Source: Acidobacteriota bacterium | GTDB taxonomy: Bacteria; Acidobacteriota; UBA6911; RPQK01; JAJDTT01 | NCBI GenBank assembly: GCA_965217775.1 | Contig: CBDCJH010000002.1 | Location: 3,872,001-3,936,000, forward strand | Direction of reading: 5' to 3' | Length of the DNA: 64,000 nucleotides | Part shown: piece after piece, positions 59,930 to 64,000 of the stretch | How the letters are laid out: every line of letters starts with the position of its first letter | How positions within the stretch are numbered: the stretch's first letter is position 1 | Program-made: the position numbers and the translations under genes | The notes under the pieces: model-generated | The model's database searches: none | The model's input: the letters and a program-made list of their open reading frames with translations, nothing else | Told to the model about the DNA's origin: nothing

Positions 59930-61650
59930 TCCCGACCAGGATCTCAAAGCGAGTGTCCCTGTCGATGGGAATCCGAACACGGTCCTTCTCTACGGTTCCC
60001 CGGCTCGCAGTCATCCGAACCGGACCTACGACGATCGCGTCGAACCGGAGCGGAACCTGGACCCGCTCGATCCGAAACTCCCACCGAAATCCGTCCGCTG
60101 CTGCCGTGGGACGGATTCGTTCGTAGACTTCCGATCCGCCCACCGAGTAATGGAATTCCGGGACATCGTCCCGCAGGCGGTAACCATGAAAGCGGGTCTC
60201 CGGAACGCGTTCGGAATCGGCCAACCGGAATGGGAAACGGGTCGACCGGAAAAATCGCCTCCCAGGGATCTTGGGGGTGAGTGTGTAACCGTCGGCTCCG
60301 GTCTTCCTGTGCATGGTGGCCTCAAGATCCAGAAACTCCCCCCGCCAGGCGTACAGGAGACGGTGCGTGCCGGCATCGAAGCAGTAGGAGAGACCGCCGG
60401 GAAGACCCACTGCGATCGCCGCCGGAGTCGCCTCCGGCATGATGGTCCGAACCACGACGCTCGCATCGGAGGGAACCGGGCGGGTTTCGGCCGTCCAGGG
60501 ATCGGGCGGCGGATCCAGCCCGACGGGAAAAGGACCGGCCGCACCGACGCCGAGCGCCCCCCAGATCCTCTGAATGCTCTCTTCCCTCTCCTCCGGTGCG
60601 ATGTCCGTGAAGTGCTCCGGCATCGAGGTGCCGGACAGGACCCGCGCAGGATTCAACATGAATCGCCGGTACCACGGATAGCGGAGGCGATGAGCGGCTT
60701 CGGCCAACTGGGGCGCCCGCTCCCCCTGGGCCCGGTAGTCCGCCCAGTCATGACAGCCGATGCAGCCCAGGCTCTTCCCTTCCGTGTCCCGCCCCAGCAG
60801 CGTCAGTCCTCGATTCGTATCTTGCTGGGACGTCACCGACTCCACGACAGGCGCCGAAAGATCGAGACCCGATGCCTTGGCGAATCCGTGGATCAGCGGT
60901 TCTACCTGGCTTCGAGAAAACCGGGGCATGCGCAGAGCCAGCCAACTCCTGAGCCGGACATTTTCCAGAAGCGCCTGTTCCAGGAATTCGAGCCGCAACC
61001 TCTCGCCGGCCGCAGTCAGGACCGGCGCCCCGTCCGCCTGCCCGCCGCCGAAGTGGTCCATGACGTGACAGGCCGTGCAGCGGAGCCGGCGGACCCGGCG
61101 GTAGAAGTCGTAGACGGGTGCGGGGCTGGTGTCGGGGAATCGTTGTTGAAGGCGGATGAAGTCTCGAATCGCCGCCCGCTGTTCTCCGTCCATTCGATAC
61201 CGGGGAAGGGTGGGTCCAGGATTTTCCGCCAGACATCCCCCATCCAGAGAGAGGTCGGCTGCGGCGGGGGCCGGCGGATGGGAATCGGCGGCATGCTCGC
61301 GGTCCTCCAGCGCGTGACAGGAGAGACATCCCCGGGATCGGATCAACTCTTCTCCGCGGGCCGCATTGCCTCCCGTCACCGGCTTTCCTGGCGACTCCGG
61401 TCCGGAACTGGTCAGGTAGACGGCAATCTGTAGCGCCTCCGCGTCATCCAGGTGCAGCGAAGGCATACGGCTCCCAGGATGGTGGCGGGCGGGGTCCTCC
61501 AGGTAACGGGCCAAGCCGGCGACGGTCAGCTTCGACCCGACGCCGTCCAGGGAATAGCTTTCCGAGGTGTGGCATGCGGTGCAACCCAGAGAGGCGTAGA
61601 GGTCGCGGCCGCGGCCGGCGTCCACGGCCGGCCGGTCCGCTTCTCGAACC
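59930..61650 (-). pseudogene. Multi-heme cytochrome c protein lacking native start and stop
   Basis: Four CxxCH motifs (CTACH, CLSCH, CTACH, CIGCH), RMPSL, AVGLPGGLSYCFD; fused at both ends to unrelated frames. Confidence 0.75.
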
Positions 61651-62452
61651 GGCGTATTCGGGGACACCCGCATATTGCAGATCCGCGACGAGCTCATCTC
61701 AATCGTCGCCGGACACCACACGCGGGTCGGGACGAGCGACGAAAGGCGTCTCGCTGCGGACCTCGATCTCGACCTGAAAGGCGAACGCCTCATCTCGACC
61801 GCGGTCGGCCTTCGCGGTGCGTTCGTTCACCAGGAACACGGAGACGGAGCGGGTTCCCGGCGCGATCCAACCGGCAAAGCTCGCCGTGTCGACCGGTCGT
61901 GCGACGGAATGGAGAGCCAGCCCACCGGAGTCGGGAACCGAGCGCGTGCTTGGATCATCCGTCGCCGGCAGGACCATACGGACGGTCTCCTCGCGGGGAG
62001 TCCGCTGCCACCAACTCCGCACGCCACCTGCTCGAGTCTTGGCCCCGGCGCCGTCCACTTGATCGCCGGCGCTTCCATGGCCGTTCTGCGTCCCCGCACC
62101 CTCCTGGACGAGGTGGTAGTCGCCCCAGCGGACGGTGACCTCCAAGGCTTCGACACTTTCGCTCACCAGAAAGCTCAGACCCATCGACGAGGGAAAGAAA
62201 CCCTTTTTGGCGGGTCTACGGTCTTCGCTGGAATCGTCGCCGAGTCCCGCTTTCTCCTTGACCTCGGCCTCGAAGTCGTCGTCTGCATCCGCGTCGCCCC
62301 GCTGCTCGGCCGGCGCCCGGCGCGGGACCAGAAACCCCGTCAGGTACCAGTTGGACGGCCTCTCCCAGCCCCGCCCAGGGACCGACCAGATCGAGATCGA
62401 GCGCCTCCCGGAGCCCGGTGCGGACTTCAACGGGTCGGTTCAGCTTCGCCAC
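61650..62452 (-). pseudogene. drmA: DISARM helicase DrmA N-terminal relic
   Basis: EALDLDLVGPWAG / frameshift / ERPSNWYLTGFLVP...PSSMGLSFLV...VRWGDY...WQRTP...SVFLVN...D*DELVADLQYAGVPEYA, then truncated. Confidence 0.78.
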
Positions 62453-62474
62453 GTCACCTCCGATCGATTACCGT

Positions 62475-63053
62475 TCACCGCAACAGCGCGCTGACGGCGC
62501 GCCACATCTTATCGAACGAGGGAGCACGCCGACGCGCCACCTCCAGGTCGAAACGGGCGGTCAATGCTGCTTGATCGGCCGTGGGACGATACGATCCACT
62601 CATCTTGCTGCGGAGCCACCCCTTGGCTCCCTGGATCGATTCGGGATCTTCAGGTACGTCCGTGTCGTTCGTAATACCACGTACTCCTCGCAGGGAATCA
62701 ACCGCGGCGATGAACCAGGATTCGTACTCACGGTTCGCCAAAACGACTTCGATCGGAAGGTCGGAGCGCACCGCCCGGGCACGGTCGAGAATGGTCGTCC
62801 GCAGTTCAGCCGGGCAATCGCCATTTGCATCCAGCAGGACGAGGATACGGCCCTCAGCGCCAACACGGATCGCGGCCAATCTCACGTAGCGATCCAATTC
62901 ACCCGCCTTGAGCATACGCCCCCGCGGCACACGGATCGGTTTCACGACATCCGGTGTCGAGAGCGGAGAGACCTCTTGGCCGATTCTTCGAATCAGCAAG
63001 GGTACCGCTTCCGCTTCGCCGTGCCCTTCGACGATGGCGACAACTCTCGCCAT
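62475..63053 (-). CDS. DUF4276 family (TOPRIM-like) protein
   Basis: IVEGHGE, LLDANGD, REYESWFIA, PESIQGAK, YRPTADQ, SFDK. Confidence 0.82.
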   Translation of the reverse strand: MARVVAIVEGHGEAEAVPLLIRRIGQEVSPLSTPDVVKPIRVPRGRMLKAGELDRYVRLAAIRVGAEGRILVLLDANGDCPAELRTTILDRARAVRSDLPIEVVLANREYESWFIAAVDSLRGVRGITNDTDVPEDPESIQGAKGWLRSKMSGSYRPTADQAALTARFDLEVARRRAPSFDKMWRAVSALLR

Positions 63054-63056
63054 GGA

Positions 63057-64000
63057 TCACGCCCCTTGGTGGAACAGTTTCAACCGCTCGGGTGTAGCCT
63101 GCTCCGGGTCCGGCGCGAGTTGGTCCATGCGAAGCAGCTCGCCCGCCGTAAACAGTCCTTCGCGAAGGACAGTGCGGCCGGCATCGTCGAGCCGGGCAAC
63201 TTTCGTTTCGCCATGTTCGGAGACCACGGCCAGAATGGATTCCGCTGGGATCGTCCCTCGATCAAGCAGGTCCGCGCTGTGGCTGGTGACGATCACCGGC
63301 ACGCGCTCGCTCGCTTCGTGCAGTACGTCTGTCAGCACCCCCGCGGCGGCAGGATGAAGGGCCCCTTCCGGTTCTTCGATACCAACGAGCTTTGCATTTC
63401 CCGAATCCATGTCGACGCCTTGAAACAGGGCCACAAGCACACCCAGCGCCCGTAGCGTTCCATCGGATACGTTGTTGGCGAGGAAAGGCCAAGGGTGAGA
63501 ATCGCCGCGGACACGCTGGAGAAACTCCAATGTCAGCTTGGGCCCGAGGGTCTTGGACTCGACACCCACGATTCCGGGCACAATCTTCGAGAGGTACTGG
63601 TTGACGCGCTTCGCGTTGGCAGGGGAACGCGACTTAATGGCATTGAGGACACTGGCGATGTTGCCCCCATCTCTATCCAGGAGATCGCCGGGATCGGGTG
63701 ACTGGAGTTCACGGATCTGCTCCGGATTGAGGTTGTAGAATCCCATTCCTGCCAACGCGTCGTAAACGGGTCGGAACGGCAGGTATCCCGATGCCGGCCA
63801 CAGGTAGAGCCGGTCGCGTGCGCCCGCCGGTGGCGGGTGCGAAATCGAACTGCGCTGGGAACGACCGCGTTCTATCCGGAAGAAGCCTGTCCGATCGGGG
63901 TCCTGGGATTCGACAACGCACTCCTCTCGACGGACGATGTAGCGTCCTTTTGGACCGGCGCCTACTTCGAACGCGTACCAGCCGGTCGCGTTGGGCAACT
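63057..64000 (-). CDS. AAA_21/ABC-type ATPase (5' end outside window)
   Basis: VSDGTLR, IEEPEGALHP, VTSHS. Confidence 0.88.
   Translation of the reverse strand, partial: LPNATGWYAFEVGAGPKGRYIVRREECVVESQDPDRTGFFRIERGRSQRSSISHPPPAGARDRLYLWPASGYLPFRPVYDALAGMGFYNLNPEQIRELQSPDPGDLLDRDGGNIASVLNAIKSRSPANAKRVNQYLSKIVPGIVGVESKTLGPKLTLEFLQRVRGDSHPWPFLANNVSDGTLRALGVLVALFQGVDMDSGNAKLVGIEEPEGALHPAAAGVLTDVLHEASERVPVIVTSHSADLLDRGTIPAESILAVVSEHGETKVARLDDAGRTVLREGLFTAGELLRMDQLAPDPEQATPERLKLFHQGA

Larger units (their letters stand above)
57392..59930 (-). pseudogene. 5'-truncated beta-propeller (sorbosone dehydrogenase-like) host gene split by the group II intron
   Basis: Exons ~59930-59637 (FGPYAGQMFIAD...QGACFPF...QEMRL) and 57719-57392 (TESGFDLVFTKPVD...YGSP) join in frame. 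Confidence 0.78.

Noticed and set aside
59514-61793. 759-aa ORF as one genuine gene
   Set aside because: Its start lies in drmA-derived sequence and its end runs out of frame through another gene and into the intron.

Overview
High-GC bacterial window with an Acidobacteriota-like gene repertoire (GWxTD protein, TPR + CRTAC1/ASPIC-UnbV pair, carboxypeptidase-domain TonB-dependent receptor, PQQ/cytochrome c enzymes, several PhyH dioxygenases). Bases 1-50400 are mostly catabolic and envelope genes, including an NAD-linked formate dehydrogenase. From ~50400 to the end lies a decaying defence/mobile island: a nuclease-NACHT (Avs-like) gene, an integrase relic, VapBC-type TA modules, a complete group II intron, a DISARM drmA relic and an ABC-ATPase/DUF4276 pair. 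Notable structure not shown by the ORF track: (1) four full copies and one partial end of a 158-bp MITE with 4-bp NTAN target duplications, so each insertion adds 162 bp (54 codons); it sits open and in frame in two genes and interrupts a third with a single UGA; (2) two loci with the layout intact gene - cargo - orphan diverged copy of that gene's 3' end, one carrying a RAYT HUH transposase inside inverted arrays of short repeats; (3) a PhyH tandem triplication whose spacers are fossil copies of the next gene's start. No rRNA, tRNA or CRISPR array was recognised. All family calls come from motif recognition by eye, not database searches.
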